A stretch of DNA of 64,000 bases from assembly GCA_023417655.1 (NCBI GenBank), contig JAEZFD010000052.1:3150-67149 (forward strand), given 5' to 3'. Shown one piece after another: positions 42,564 through 52,961 of this stretch. A model generated the notes under the pieces. The model ran no database searches. It worked only from the letters and a program-made list of their open reading frames with translations, and was not told the origin of the DNA. The stretch's first letter is position 1; every line of letters begins with the position of its first letter. The position numbers and the translations under genes were made by a program. Source of the DNA: Planctomycetota bacterium. Its GTDB lineage: Bacteria; Planctomycetota; Planctomycetia; Planctomycetales; Planctomycetaceae.

Positions 42564-43646
42564 TTACGGCAGCTTGACAGACGTTAGAAACTCTTTGAAT
42601 CGTTCCCGCTCAGACTCGATGGCGGCCACTGGTCCCTGAGCCTTAAAGAACCACTTGGCTTCTCCATCGGTCACGATCGCAGCGAGAATTCCCTCGGTCG
42701 GCCCGATGGCTTCAACATATGTCCCGTCGCGCCCGGCAATTTTCATCGACTTGGATTCGCTCTCGAGTTTTTCCTTCTCGATTGGATCCAGTTTCACCTG
42801 TTCCCGCCAGCGGTTCAGATTTGACAGCACATCACCACCGCCTCCCAGACGGGTGACGCTGATATCAACTTTGCCCCCCTCAGGGTTCGCTTCCAGGGAG
42901 GCCATTCTCATGGCGTTCCCGGCGGTTTCTTTCCAGCCTTGCGGAGTTTCAAACTCAACAGGAGATTTGGACTCAGGAGCCGGCATCTTTTTCTGTTCGT
43001 CACCCGACATCGTAATGACGATGGCGGCAAGCATTCGGGTGGGTCCCGTCTCTTTCGTTTCCCCGCTGAGATTCACCATCGCCACGAGATGGGAATCAGC
43101 GGCGGACAGGACAAGTTCTCCCTGACTTCGAGCGGTTTCGATCCAGTTTTGCTGCTCCATCTTCTCGAGGCCGATCTGCTCACGCCAGCGATTGATGTTA
43201 GAGAACATGTACTCGCTCAGGCTGGATCCCATCACTGGCAGTGTTGAAACCGCCAGCTCAAGCGGAGGCGTCGTGTCAGGTGCTGTTAAGGTCTGATAGC
43301 GTGGCGCTGGTCCCTTCTTCGCGGACCAGCCTTCCGGAATGTCGTACTCAGGTGTTCCGTCCGCAGCAAATTTCAGCGATTGAACGACCTTTGCGAATGA
43401 CAGCGCACTCTTTAGCACGTCGTCAGTCGGCCCCATCATTTTGAAGAACCAGGCGTCTGTCCCTCCCGTCAAAGGACCGGCGGGAACTTTTTGAGGTTTC
43501 GGCAGTCCCAGCTCAGGCTGAACGCTCGTCGTCGTCGGGACCTCATACTCGCGGATTCCGTCATCTCGCCTGCAACCGGCGACCAGCACGACGGTCATCA
43601 ACAAGAGACAGGTCCAAGGCGTTAAACTTCGTGGAGAAAAGGCCAT
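42564..43646 (-). CDS. Lipoprotein with two related domains
   Basis: Lipobox VAGC. Duplicated PxGW, NxNRWREQ, LAAIV and WFFKxxGP motifs. Confidence 0.85.
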   Translation of the reverse strand: MAFSPRSLTPWTCLLLMTVVLVAGCRRDDGIREYEVPTTTSVQPELGLPKPQKVPAGPLTGGTDAWFFKMMGPTDDVLKSALSFAKVVQSLKFAADGTPEYDIPEGWSAKKGPAPRYQTLTAPDTTPPLELAVSTLPVMGSSLSEYMFSNINRWREQIGLEKMEQQNWIETARSQGELVLSAADSHLVAMVNLSGETKETGPTRMLAAIVITMSGDEQKKMPAPESKSPVEFETPQGWKETAGNAMRMASLEANPEGGKVDISVTRLGGGGDVLSNLNRWREQVKLDPIEKEKLESESKSMKIAGRDGTYVEAIGPTEGILAAIVTDGEAKWFFKAQGPVAAIESERERFKEFLTSVKLP

Positions 43647-44108
43647 ATGAGTCACTGCAGAGGAAGGTGGAAATGACAAGGCGGCGGGGGACCGGGAAGC
43701 GTTCGCTGTGGGGTGGGTTCGATCAGGCAGGAGACTGGGCGGGGCTGGCTTGTCTCCAATAAAAGCAATCTCTGCTTCCCTTAAACCCCCGATTCATGGG
43801 TAACGTTCGCAAAAATCCGATTGTTTCTCACTCTTCGTGGTCGCGGAGAGATCTCTAAGTGACAACGAGTTGCGAATCGGGCTTCCGAGACGAACGACTG
43901 GTTTATCGTGAACCAGTCTGTTTTCCCAGAATCCATTCTAAGCCTGATCCAGCGAAAATCCCACGCGGGGCAGGACTTTTCCCAAATGCGCAGAGCAGAA
44001 TGCTCAGTTCTGGCAGGATTCTGAAGGCATGAAGCGGCTCCTCCTGACACAGAGGAGGCCCAGCTGGCTTCGCGGAAGAGGAAGAGCGTCCCGCCGGGCA
44101 TCGTCACA

Positions 44109-44124
44109 TGGCGCGCAACTTGCT
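44109..44124 (+). promoter_or_regulatory. Candidate sigma54 promoter TGGCGCG-N4-TTGCT
   Basis: Exact GG-N10-GC spacing, one mismatch to TGGCACG-N4-TTGCW, ~355 nt upstream of the DUF1571 gene. Confidence 0.45.
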
Positions 44125-44479
44125 CAAGCCTCTTCTCAACAGCTTCAGGAAAATCACTCACGTTTTCAGTCGATTAGTGTTTCCCCGTCGCAAAACATGG
44201 GGGGGAGATCCCCTGAATTGGCTGGTCCTGAGGAGGTCTTCAATGACCCGATTGCTTCTCCAGTTTCGCTGACTGTTACAGCGAGACTGAAGGTAGCAAT
44301 CGACAAGTCCTGTTCGCCAAACGCCGATAAGTCTAACTGGCGAGAATAACGTGCTGGAAACTTGATATCCCCAATAGGATCACTTGGACGACACCTGATC
44401 TCGACGAAGCGTCTTCTCGTCAAATCTCAGGTCCAGTGGTTTGCCAACACCGCAATCTCATCCCGGACGGAGTGTCATC

Positions 44480-45304
44480 ATGATGTTCAGCGATCTCCAA
44501 ACTCGACGTCAGTTTTTTCTCACGTCGGCCGCAGGCCTCTCAGCAGGGCTCGCTCTCACCCGTGGTGCTCGGGCTGAGAACAAAACTCTGGCCGTCAGAG
44601 TCGAGGAAATGTCTGAAACGCATGCCCTGTCACCTGCATTAAAGATTGCGACAGATGCAGCCAAAATGCTGGAACCAGTGACAAATTACACGGCTGTCTT
44701 CCACAAGAAGGAGCAGGTCGGCCGGTCATTAATCCAGGCACAAAAATACCTGAAGCTCCGGGAAGAACCATTCAGCGTCTACCTGAAATTCCTGACGCCA
44801 CACCAGGGGCGGGAAGCGCTTTACGTCGCAGGGCAGCATAAAAATCAGGTTCTCGTCCGCGAAACAGGGTTCGCCGGACTGGCCGGAACGATGGCTCTCG
44901 ATGTCCGCGGAAGCTTCGCAATGGAAGAGAATCGCTATCCAATCACAAGCATTGGATTGCGAAACATGATGGCGACCACCATTGAAACCTGGCTGAACGA
45001 AGCCGCTCTGGATGAAGTTCAGGTCGCGATTAAAACGGGAGAGTCCTTCAACAATCTGAAGTGCACGAAGGTGGAGATCACTCATCCGCATCGTCGAGCC
45101 AATGGCTCGAAGTATCAGAACATGCGACTTTACGTGGATGAATCGACCCGGTTTCCCGTCGCGGTGCAGGCATTCGACTATCCAGCTCAGGCTGGAACGA
45201 CAGGTCCGCTCATCGAAGAGTACTTCTATGCGAACCTGCAGGTGAATCCTGGCCTCACGGAAATGGATTTCAGCCGCAAGAATCCGCAATATCGTCTGAA
45301 ATAA
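44480..45304 (+). CDS. DUF1571 domain protein with Tat-like signal
   Basis: TRRQFFL, YTAVFHKKE, PFSVYLKF, GREALYV, RYPITSIG, LIEEY. Confidence 0.85.
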   Translation: MMFSDLQTRRQFFLTSAAGLSAGLALTRGARAENKTLAVRVEEMSETHALSPALKIATDAAKMLEPVTNYTAVFHKKEQVGRSLIQAQKYLKLREEPFSVYLKFLTPHQGREALYVAGQHKNQVLVRETGFAGLAGTMALDVRGSFAMEENRYPITSIGLRNMMATTIETWLNEAALDEVQVAIKTGESFNNLKCTKVEITHPHRRANGSKYQNMRLYVDESTRFPVAVQAFDYPAQAGTTGPLIEEYFYANLQVNPGLTEMDFSRKNPQYRLK

Positions 45305-45343
45305 GCACTCGAGTCATCGGATGACATCATGAGACCGGACACG

Positions 45344-45378
45344 AAAGCCGTTCCTGAAAAGGAGCGGCTTTTCGTTTT
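45344..45378 (+). terminator. Probable bidirectional terminator
   Basis: AAAGCCGTTCCT-gaa-AGGAGCGGCTTT then TCGTTTT, between convergent genes. Confidence 0.7.
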
Positions 45379-45429
45379 ACCTCACGACTCTTCCGACGAG
45401 GCCCTCCGGCCCCTGCCAAATCGAACTGC

Positions 45430-45729
45430 TCAAGGTTTGAGTTCAATTCCGCAGGCGCAAACCATCTTCCCGCAGCCGGGGCAGCCGTTTCCGTATTTCT
45501 CCTGAACGGCCTTCTGCAGATCCACGCCGGCAACATTCGCGATCGTCGCAAGCCAGGCGAGCACATCTGCAAACTCATACGCCAGTTCCTGTGGAGTCCC
45601 TTCGCGCAGCGCGGCAGCCAGCTCACCGATTTCTTCCATCAGCCACATAAACGTGCCGTCGACGCCACGCTGCTCATCCTTTGAGGAATACATCTCTCCA
45701 ATGAGTGCCTGCAGTTCCGCCAGTGTCAT
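45430..45729 (-). CDS. MazG-like nucleotide pyrophosphohydrolase
   Basis: EEIGELA...EFADVL and C-terminal CPGC..CAC. Start at MTLAELQ. Confidence 0.88.
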   Translation of the reverse strand: MTLAELQALIGEMYSSKDEQRGVDGTFMWLMEEIGELAAALREGTPQELAYEFADVLAWLATIANVAGVDLQKAVQEKYGNGCPGCGKMVCACGIELKP

Positions 45730-45803
45730 TGATTCATTCGCCTTCGCTGGTGCCAGTTCTCCCGGCAGATTCGTGTTCCCATTCACCTTAAGAGCAAACT
45801 GCT

Positions 45804-47210
45804 CTAGAAATCTGCACTCTTGGGAGTTCGCGGAAATGGGATGACGTCGCGAATATTCTGCATCCCTGTGAGCAGCAGAATCATTCGCTCTAACCCCAGA
45901 CCGAATCCGCTGTGAGGGACACTGCCATAGCGGCGCAGATCCAGATACCACCAGTAGTCGGCGGGATCGAGGCCCTGTTCCTTCATCCGCGCTTCAAGAA
46001 TCTCGAGGCGGTGCTCTCGCTGGCTACCGCCGATGATTTCCCCGACGCGAGGAACGAGCACATCCATCGCGCGAACCGTCTTTCCATCATCGTTGCAATA
46101 CATATAGAACGGCTTCAGCGACCGCGGATAATCGAAGACGATAATCGGCTGCTTGAAATGTTCTTCGGTCAACCAGCGCTCATGCTCTGCCTGCAGATTC
46201 GAGCCCCACTCAACGGGGTATTCCCACTTCTTACCAGACGCGAGCAGCAGTTCTACTGCCTCGGTATATGAGATCCGTTTGAACTCATGTGAGACGATCG
46301 TCTGCAGCGTCTCCATGACGGTCGAATCGATCCGCTCATTGAAGAATGCCAAGTCCTCAGGACACTGATCGAGACAGGCCTGGACCACAAACTTGATGAA
46401 GTCTTCTGCCAGCTGCATGTCATCCGTGAGTTCGAAGAAGGGAGCTTCTGGCTCAACCATCCAAAACTCAGCAAGATGCCGCGTCGTATTGGAATTCTCT
46501 GCACGAAACGTCGGGCCGAAGGTGTAAACCGGTCCGACAGCACAGGCGAAGATCTCTCCTTCCAGCTGGCCCGACACGGTCAGCGACGCTTTCTTGCCGA
46601 AGAAGTCGTTCTCATAGTTGATCTCGCCCGGCTTGAAGCCTCGTGCCTCGCTCTCAGAATTCAGGAGAGTCGTCACCGTGAACATCTCCCCTGCCCCTTC
46701 GCAGTCACTGGTCGTGATCAGCGGAGTATGCACATAGAGAAAGTCCCGCTCCTGAAAGAACTGGTGAATCGCACGGCAGACACAATTTCGCACTCGGGCG
46801 ATGGCCCCAAACGTATTCGTGCGAGGACGCAGGTGCGCGATCTCCCGCAAAAACTCAAAACTATGTCGCTTCTTCTGCAGGGGATACTTTTCCGCATCAG
46901 CCAGCCCCAGAAGCGTGAACGAGGTCGCATGAAGTTCGATGCGCTGATTGGCTCCCGGTGAGGGCTTGAGTTCCCCTGTCAGCCGCAAGCTGGCCCCGGT
47001 CGTCATCTGCTTGACGTGGGCCTCATAGCCGGGGACAGACCCATCAATCACAACTTGAAGGTTCGCCATGCACGAACCGTCATTCAGCTCGATGAAGGAA
47101 AATCCCTGCTTGGAATCCCGACGGGTGCGAATCCAGCCGGCGACTTCCACAGCCTCCCCCGGGGTTCCATTTTTCAGGAGTGTGGCGATTCTGGAGAGCT
47201 GCGTTGACAT
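45804..47210 (-). CDS. asnS: Asparagine-tRNA ligase
   Basis: [48 protein letters not shown]. Confidence 0.97.
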   Translation of the reverse strand: MSTQLSRIATLLKNGTPGEAVEVAGWIRTRRDSKQGFSFIELNDGSCMANLQVVIDGSVPGYEAHVKQMTTGASLRLTGELKPSPGANQRIELHATSFTLLGLADAEKYPLQKKRHSFEFLREIAHLRPRTNTFGAIARVRNCVCRAIHQFFQERDFLYVHTPLITTSDCEGAGEMFTVTTLLNSESEARGFKPGEINYENDFFGKKASLTVSGQLEGEIFACAVGPVYTFGPTFRAENSNTTRHLAEFWMVEPEAPFFELTDDMQLAEDFIKFVVQACLDQCPEDLAFFNERIDSTVMETLQTIVSHEFKRISYTEAVELLLASGKKWEYPVEWGSNLQAEHERWLTEEHFKQPIIVFDYPRSLKPFYMYCNDDGKTVRAMDVLVPRVGEIIGGSQREHRLEILEARMKEQGLDPADYWWYLDLRRYGSVPHSGFGLGLERMILLLTGMQNIRDVIPFPRTPKSADF

Positions 47211-47957
47211 GTCACAGAGTCCTTTCCGGTGGGGCGTACCCGATTTGTTGATTCTAACGTCGGGCAACTGCCGAGCATCTTAAACCCCGTTCTCACAAAC
47301 GTCATGTGAGACCTTGCCGGTTTTACCACCAGTTCACAGCGAAGCACCCGGAGGGAAGGAATTCCTCAGGGGCTCCAGCCTGGACATGCATCAAAACAAT
47401 GCACATCAAATCGCAGTCTCAGCAAATCTGGATGCTCGCCGCGTGAAACTCGAAACGCGGCAAGGAATTTCCTTCAGAAATACCGGCGTTCGGTGCCGTA
47501 ACCCTGCGCCTGAGAAAGATGCACGTTTTGCCGAAGTCCCCGGATTTAAGTTGGTTTTCAGCTCCACAACTGGTAATTTAGCGATTGTCGCGAAGCTATG
47601 TCAGACCACCATGGTTGGGGAATCATCGGTCTGAGAAGCAATCCGACGCCGCTTTCACCCTGAAAACTGAGTGCTCGTGGCAGTGGGAGACTCGTATTAT
47701 TGAGCGAATTGGGTCGCTTTAATTTGACTTTGGAGTGCATCGAATTCATGCAGTCGTGAGTGATCATAGTCATCCTCCCGGATGCTCTTTGATTCCGACG
47801 ACTAGCCGCTGGTCAGATCTCGAGTCGAGATCATTCAATCCTGGGACCCATGAATTAACCGATGCACGCAAACGGCCATCTGGAAGGCATTGACGCGCCT
47901 TTCAGCAAGCCGGGCAATTGACGCCCTCAGATTAAGGCTCGTAGGTGCAGGACACAT

Positions 47958-49289
47958 ATGGGATTCTTGCTTCAAGGATATCACGTCAATCCGCCGACAT
48001 GGTTTTACCTGTCGCTGCTTCTGCTGACGGCTGTTTACTTCCGTTTCACCCGCATCATCTCTCTGAGAAACGTTGACCTCGCATTGTTGCTGTCAGCGTC
48101 TCCGGGTCTGCTGCTGGCTAACGCGGAGATTCCGTCAACAAGCGTGCTGGGGCATACTTGGCTTTTTGTCGTGGCATGCCTGTTTCTCGTCCGACTCTTC
48201 GTCGACCCGATGCTCAGCCGACGTCCTTATCTGGGACAGAATCTGAATTCGCAGGGGATGGCTTTCCTTTGCTGTTCGGCTTTCGCGTTCCTGATGACGC
48301 AAGCGATTACCAGCGCTCTGCCGGCGGCTTCGGAAGAGACCGTTGCCCGGGCTCACGAAGTCATTAATCGCACCGCGACCGCACCGCCAGACGAAACGAA
48401 CATTCCAAGTTCAGGGCCGGCGGCTCCATTGCTGATGTCACCTGCGGTTCTGATGTTCCAGACACTGGCCGCCCGCATCATGGCAATTTTCGCCCACACC
48501 GCGGTGATTACCGGTCTGTGGTTCGTTGGGAGAAACCTGTTTGCAGATCGCAACCTGGGTCTCGCAATGGCGACCCTGTATCTCTTGCTTCCGTGTACCG
48601 CTTATAACGTCGGGGAATTCAATCATGTTCTCCCTGCTGCCCTGATCGTCTGGGCGTTCGTCTGCTTCCGAAAACCGATCGTTTCAGGCGTGCTGCTCGG
48701 GCTCGCCTGCGGAACACTGACATTCCCGATCTTTCTGCTTCCGATCTGGGCCGCGTTTTATGGGCGCAACGGGGCCGGGCGGTTCGTGCTGGCTCTCGCT
48801 TGCGTCGCCCTCGTGCTGGTCGGAAGTCTGGCCATGACTTCTACCGACTCCGACTCCTTCTTCCAGAAGACGATGGGATCTGTGAACATTGCCTTGAATG
48901 CATTCTCCGGCGTCCAGCAGGAAACCGGATTCTGGGGGAGTGTCGGATATCTCTCCGCATATCGCCTGCCGGTGATGGTGGCCTACTTCATCATGCTGAT
49001 CATCATGACCATCTGGCCGAAGGATCGCACAGTTGAAGTCCTGCTGGCTCAGTCAACCGCAGCCATCGTTGGAACGCAATTGTGGTACACGGCAGAAGGG
49101 GGCGTCTATCTGCTCTGGTATCTGCCGCTCATGCTGATGGTGGTCTTCCGCCCCCGTCTGATTCACCTGCGGGCACCAACCTCGGTCGAAGAACAGACCG
49201 AGACCCTCACGGTCTCGCCGGGCAAGTCACGTAACATCCTGCCTTCTGGCCGGGCGATGCAGATCCGGAACGCTCATCTCTTCCGGTAA
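47958..49289 (+). CDS. Multi-TM membrane protein (possibly GT-C fold)
   Basis: About 10 hydrophobic segments. No firm family recognised. Confidence 0.7.
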   Translation: MGFLLQGYHVNPPTWFYLSLLLLTAVYFRFTRIISLRNVDLALLLSASPGLLLANAEIPSTSVLGHTWLFVVACLFLVRLFVDPMLSRRPYLGQNLNSQGMAFLCCSAFAFLMTQAITSALPAASEETVARAHEVINRTATAPPDETNIPSSGPAAPLLMSPAVLMFQTLAARIMAIFAHTAVITGLWFVGRNLFADRNLGLAMATLYLLLPCTAYNVGEFNHVLPAALIVWAFVCFRKPIVSGVLLGLACGTLTFPIFLLPIWAAFYGRNGAGRFVLALACVALVLVGSLAMTSTDSDSFFQKTMGSVNIALNAFSGVQQETGFWGSVGYLSAYRLPVMVAYFIMLIIMTIWPKDRTVEVLLAQSTAAIVGTQLWYTAEGGVYLLWYLPLMLMVVFRPRLIHLRAPTSVEEQTETLTVSPGKSRNILPSGRAMQIRNAHLFR

Positions 49290-49330
49290 TCATGCGGTAT
49301 CGATGAGATCTCAGAGATCCGCCTGAAAAC

Positions 49331-49361
49331 AAAAACGCCGTCCAAACCGGGCGGCGTTTTT
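49331..49361. terminator. Bidirectional intrinsic terminator
   Basis: AAAAACGCCG...GGCGTTTTT hairpin between convergent genes. Confidence 0.8.
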
Positions 49362-49385
49362 CATTCTCGATCATTCCATTTCGAG

Positions 49386-52300
49386 CTACGAGAGATCGCG
49401 AATGGAGTCTTCAATTCGGGCAAGCTGTTGCTTGAGGTTCTCCAGAGTCTCGGTCATCTGAGTGATGATGTTCTCTGGAGCCTTGCTGCGGAAGCCTTCG
49501 TTCGAAAGCCGTGCCTCTGACGAGGCAATGTGCTTCCGAACCTTCTCGGCTTCCTTCTGCTGGCGAGCCAGTTCTGCCTGAGTATCGATCAGCCCCGCGA
49601 GTGGAATGTACCCATCGGCATCGCCCAGCGTGAAACTCGCCGATCCAACCGGACGCTGCACATCAGCACCGGCTGCTTCCAGAACGGCCTTTGCCAAGTT
49701 ATCGAACTGAGCAGAGACCGACTGCATGTCTCCTGCCACTTCGTTCGATGCCCGCATCAACAGAGTGACCGGCGTTCCCGGTGCGATGTTGTAGATCGCG
49801 CGGACATTTCGAACCGCAGCAATGGTCTCCTGCAAACGCTCGAACCGTTTTTCCAGCCCTTCATCCGCCCAGCTGGACGGAATCTCTGGCCATGGAGCGA
49901 TGATCGCCGCAGTCACTGCGTCACCGGGCACCAGCACAGGCCCCTCTTTCTCCTTCGACGGCAGCGAACGCACCGGAGCGATCTCCAACAGACGTTGCCA
50001 CAGTTCTTCACAGATAAACGGCGTGAATGGCTGCAGCAGACGGACGAGCGAATCCAGAACGGTCAACAGCACGCGCTGCGCAACCGGCCGGGTCGCCTCG
50101 TTCCGCAGGCGTGGCTTCACCATCTCCAGATACCAGTCACAGAATTCATTCCAGGTGAAATCGCGAATGGCTCGGGTCGCCGCATCGAACTGGTAACGTC
50201 CGAGTGTCTCGTTCATCGTCTGCGCGGTCGTCGCCAGACGGGAGAGAATCCACCTGTCTTCCAGCTGCAGCTGGTCGGCCGTGACCTCGCCCGGCGTATA
50301 GCCTTCGAGATTCATCATTGCGAATCGGGCGGCGTTCCAGAACTTGTTGCAGAAGTTCCGGCCGTATTCAAACCGTTCACTCACCATGCGGGCGACTGGA
50401 GCACCCGGATCCGGATCATAATTCGGACTGGTGTACTGGAAGCCCTTTTTGCACTTCGGGCACTGAACTGTCGGCTTCGGGCCCCCTTCCGGTTTTGCGG
50501 ACTGGTGTTTCAGCGTCTGCGGAATCAGCGTTTCACACTCCGGACATTCATAGCTAATGGGCAGCTTGACGTCCTGAGTTTCTCCGGCGAACGACGCGAT
50601 CGTGAACCGCACCGCGTCCGTGCCGTATTTATTGATCAGGTCGACTGGGTCCACACCGTTCCCCTTCGACTTCGACATCGTCTGCCCAAAGCCGTCGAGG
50701 ATTTTTGGATGCACGTGCACGTGCCTGAACGGCACATCATCCATGTTATAGAGACCGGTCAACACCATTCGCGCCACCCAGAGCGTGATAATGTCGCGCG
50801 ACGTGATCAGCACGCTGCCGGGATAGAACGTCTCGAGCACTTCGTTGGAACCGCTGCCACCGTTCGCCTTGTTGTTGGAACTCTTGAGTTCCGTTTGCCG
50901 GGCGACTTCGATTTCATCCATCGGCGGATTGTTCTGCCGATCAGGCCACCCCAGCGTGGCATGCGGCCAGAGCGCTGACGAGAACCAGGTATCAAGCACA
51001 TCAGGATCCTGCACGAATCCCAGTGCTTCACACTGTTCTTCGACTCGCTGATGTCCGTCGGCAATACACAGGCTCAGCCGGCTTTCTCCGTAGAGATTGC
51101 CTTCCGCATCTTCCTGGAACTCACAGCTCGCTTCAACCCCTTCAGCTTCGACGAGTTCTTCCATCTGCTCCAGCACGGCGGCCGCTTCTTCCGGAGTCGC
51201 GAAAGTGCGTGACCAGACAGGAATGCGGTGCCCCCACCACAGCTGACGGCTGATGCACCAGTCCCGCTTTTCGGCGAGCCAGTCGACATACGTCTTGGCG
51301 TAACGCGACGGATAGAAGCGAACGGTTCCGTTCTCAACCGCGTCGATGGCGGACTGAGCGAGGTCAAAGGACTTGCCGTCCTCGTTCAGGTGCGGCCCCA
51401 TCCGCACGAACCACTGGTCAGACAGAAATGGCTCGACCGGAGTCTTGGAGCGATCGCTGTGCTTCAGCGGAATCGTCCGGTCTTCCACACTTTCAAAGTG
51501 CCCCAGTTCGGTCATCCGTTCGACGATCAACGGACGGACGGCGAGCCGGTCCAGCCCCTGCCATTCTCCACCGAACTCATTGATCGTTCCGTCCTGATTA
51601 AGAATGTTGATGATCTCAATTTCGTCAGGCTGCCCAAGCTTGCGAGCGTAGCATGCGTAATCGTTCGGGTCGTGAGCCGGTGTCACTTTCACCGCCCCGG
51701 TCCCGAGATCCTTATCTGCCAGCAGACCGTCAGCGATGATCGGAATCAGGCGACCGTTCACCGGAATCTTGACCTGCTTCCCGATCAGGTTCGTATACCG
51801 CTCGTCCGTTGGGTTCACGCAGACCGCGGTATCGCCCAGCATCGTTTCCGGTCTCGTTGTACTGAAACGGATCGACTCCCCAGTTACGTTCCCAGCATCA
51901 TCCACCACCGGATAATTGAATGTCCAGAAGTGTCCAGCGGTGTCTTCTTCGAACACCTCATCATCGGCGACGGCTGTCTGCAGGTGCACATCCCAGTTCA
52001 CCAGTCGCTTGCCGCGATAAATCAGCCCATCGCTGAACATCTTGTAGAACGTCCGGCGTACGGCCTTGGCGCAAACATCGTCGAGCGTGAACCGCACTCG
52101 GCGCCAGTCACAGCTGTCACCGATCGACTTGAGCTGTGAAAGAATCCGCTTCTCATAGGCGTTCTTCCAGGTCCAGATGCGTTCTACGAGTGCATCACGC
52201 CCCACGTCATGTCGGGTGAGGCCTTCTTCTTCCAGCATGCGTCGTTCGACGACCGCCTGTGTCGCAATCCCGGCATGGTCGGTTCCCGGCATCCACAGGG

Positions 52301-52526
52301 CCTCATAACCCTGCATCCGTCGCCAGCGGTTCACCAGATCCTGACAGGTGCTGTTCAACGCATGGCCCATGTGCAGCGCCCCCGTCACGTTCGGAAGCGG
52401 GATCATGATGGTATGCGACGGCTTACCAGTTCCAGGATCGGCATTGAAGTAACCATGCCGTTCCCAGAACGAAAACCATTTCGCCTGAGCGGCCGCCGGA
52501 TCGTAGAGCTTTGGAATTTCAGACAT
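49386..52526 (-). CDS. valS: Valine-tRNA ligase
   Basis: PNVTGALHMGH, GTDHAGIATQ, DWCISRQLWWGH, TMSKSKGN, C-terminal coiled coil. Confidence 0.97.
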   Translation of the reverse strand: MSEIPKLYDPAAAQAKWFSFWERHGYFNADPGTGKPSHTIMIPLPNVTGALHMGHALNSTCQDLVNRWRRMQGYEALWMPGTDHAGIATQAVVERRMLEEEGLTRHDVGRDALVERIWTWKNAYEKRILSQLKSIGDSCDWRRVRFTLDDVCAKAVRRTFYKMFSDGLIYRGKRLVNWDVHLQTAVADDEVFEEDTAGHFWTFNYPVVDDAGNVTGESIRFSTTRPETMLGDTAVCVNPTDERYTNLIGKQVKIPVNGRLIPIIADGLLADKDLGTGAVKVTPAHDPNDYACYARKLGQPDEIEIINILNQDGTINEFGGEWQGLDRLAVRPLIVERMTELGHFESVEDRTIPLKHSDRSKTPVEPFLSDQWFVRMGPHLNEDGKSFDLAQSAIDAVENGTVRFYPSRYAKTYVDWLAEKRDWCISRQLWWGHRIPVWSRTFATPEEAAAVLEQMEELVEAEGVEASCEFQEDAEGNLYGESRLSLCIADGHQRVEEQCEALGFVQDPDVLDTWFSSALWPHATLGWPDRQNNPPMDEIEVARQTELKSSNNKANGGSGSNEVLETFYPGSVLITSRDIITLWVARMVLTGLYNMDDVPFRHVHVHPKILDGFGQTMSKSKGNGVDPVDLINKYGTDAVRFTIASFAGETQDVKLPISYECPECETLIPQTLKHQSAKPEGGPKPTVQCPKCKKGFQYTSPNYDPDPGAPVARMVSERFEYGRNFCNKFWNAARFAMMNLEGYTPGEVTADQLQLEDRWILSRLATTAQTMNETLGRYQFDAATRAIRDFTWNEFCDWYLEMVKPRLRNEATRPVAQRVLLTVLDSLVRLLQPFTPFICEELWQRLLEIAPVRSLPSKEKEGPVLVPGDAVTAAIIAPWPEIPSSWADEGLEKRFERLQETIAAVRNVRAIYNIAPGTPVTLLMRASNEVAGDMQSVSAQFDNLAKAVLEAAGADVQRPVGSASFTLGDADGYIPLAGLIDTQAELARQQKEAEKVRKHIASSEARLSNEGFRSKAPENIITQMTETLENLKQQLARIEDSIRDLS

Positions 52527-52619
52527 GATGATCAGGAATAAACAATAAAAGTTGAATGAAGCCAGCGACGGGGGGCCGTCACCGCGGGAGCCAGTTCGGA
52601 AGAGACCTCGAACCTCGGC

Positions 52620-52796
52620 TCATAACTTGTAAGACAGAAATGCCAGCACTCCGAGAATGATGGCCATGCAGACCAGAATCTTGACCAGCATCGCCCCGGC
52701 GCGTTTCAAGATGATCTCTGTGGATTCATACCGGCTGGCGTTCCAAACCAGACTGACAGCAGCGGCCAGCGGCAACAAAAACCAGGTCACATTCAT
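52620..52796 (-). CDS. 58-aa two-TM small membrane protein (below the ORF-track cutoff)
   Basis: MNVTWFLLPLAAAVSLVWNASRYESTEIILKRAGAMLVKILVCMAIILGVLAFLSYKL. GAGG RBS 7 nt before the ATG. Co-oriented with neighbours. Confidence 0.8.
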   Translation of the reverse strand: MNVTWFLLPLAAAVSLVWNASRYESTEIILKRAGAMLVKILVCMAIILGVLAFLSYKL

Positions 52797-52961
52797 GATT
52801 GATCCTCAGCGCTGAGCCGCCTTCACTCTGCCGCCGTCTTTGCGGGAATCGGGTTCGCAGGAACACCGTCCCCCGGTCACTGAAACCAATAACTGTCTGG
52901 AAGTCCGGACACGTCTGAAATGCGGTTGAACAGGGCACTGCAACAGGCCTCGTCCCATCGA

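Noticed and set aside
47211..47957. T-box or riboswitch upstream of asnS
   Set aside because: No T-box consensus or recognisable aptamer was found by eye. An Rfam scan would be needed
49530..50978. 482-aa plus-strand ORF, and similar long ORFs at 11756-12589, 51228-52139 and 56043-57011
   Set aside because: Antisense shadows of real genes in GC-rich DNA, with no motifs and atypical composition
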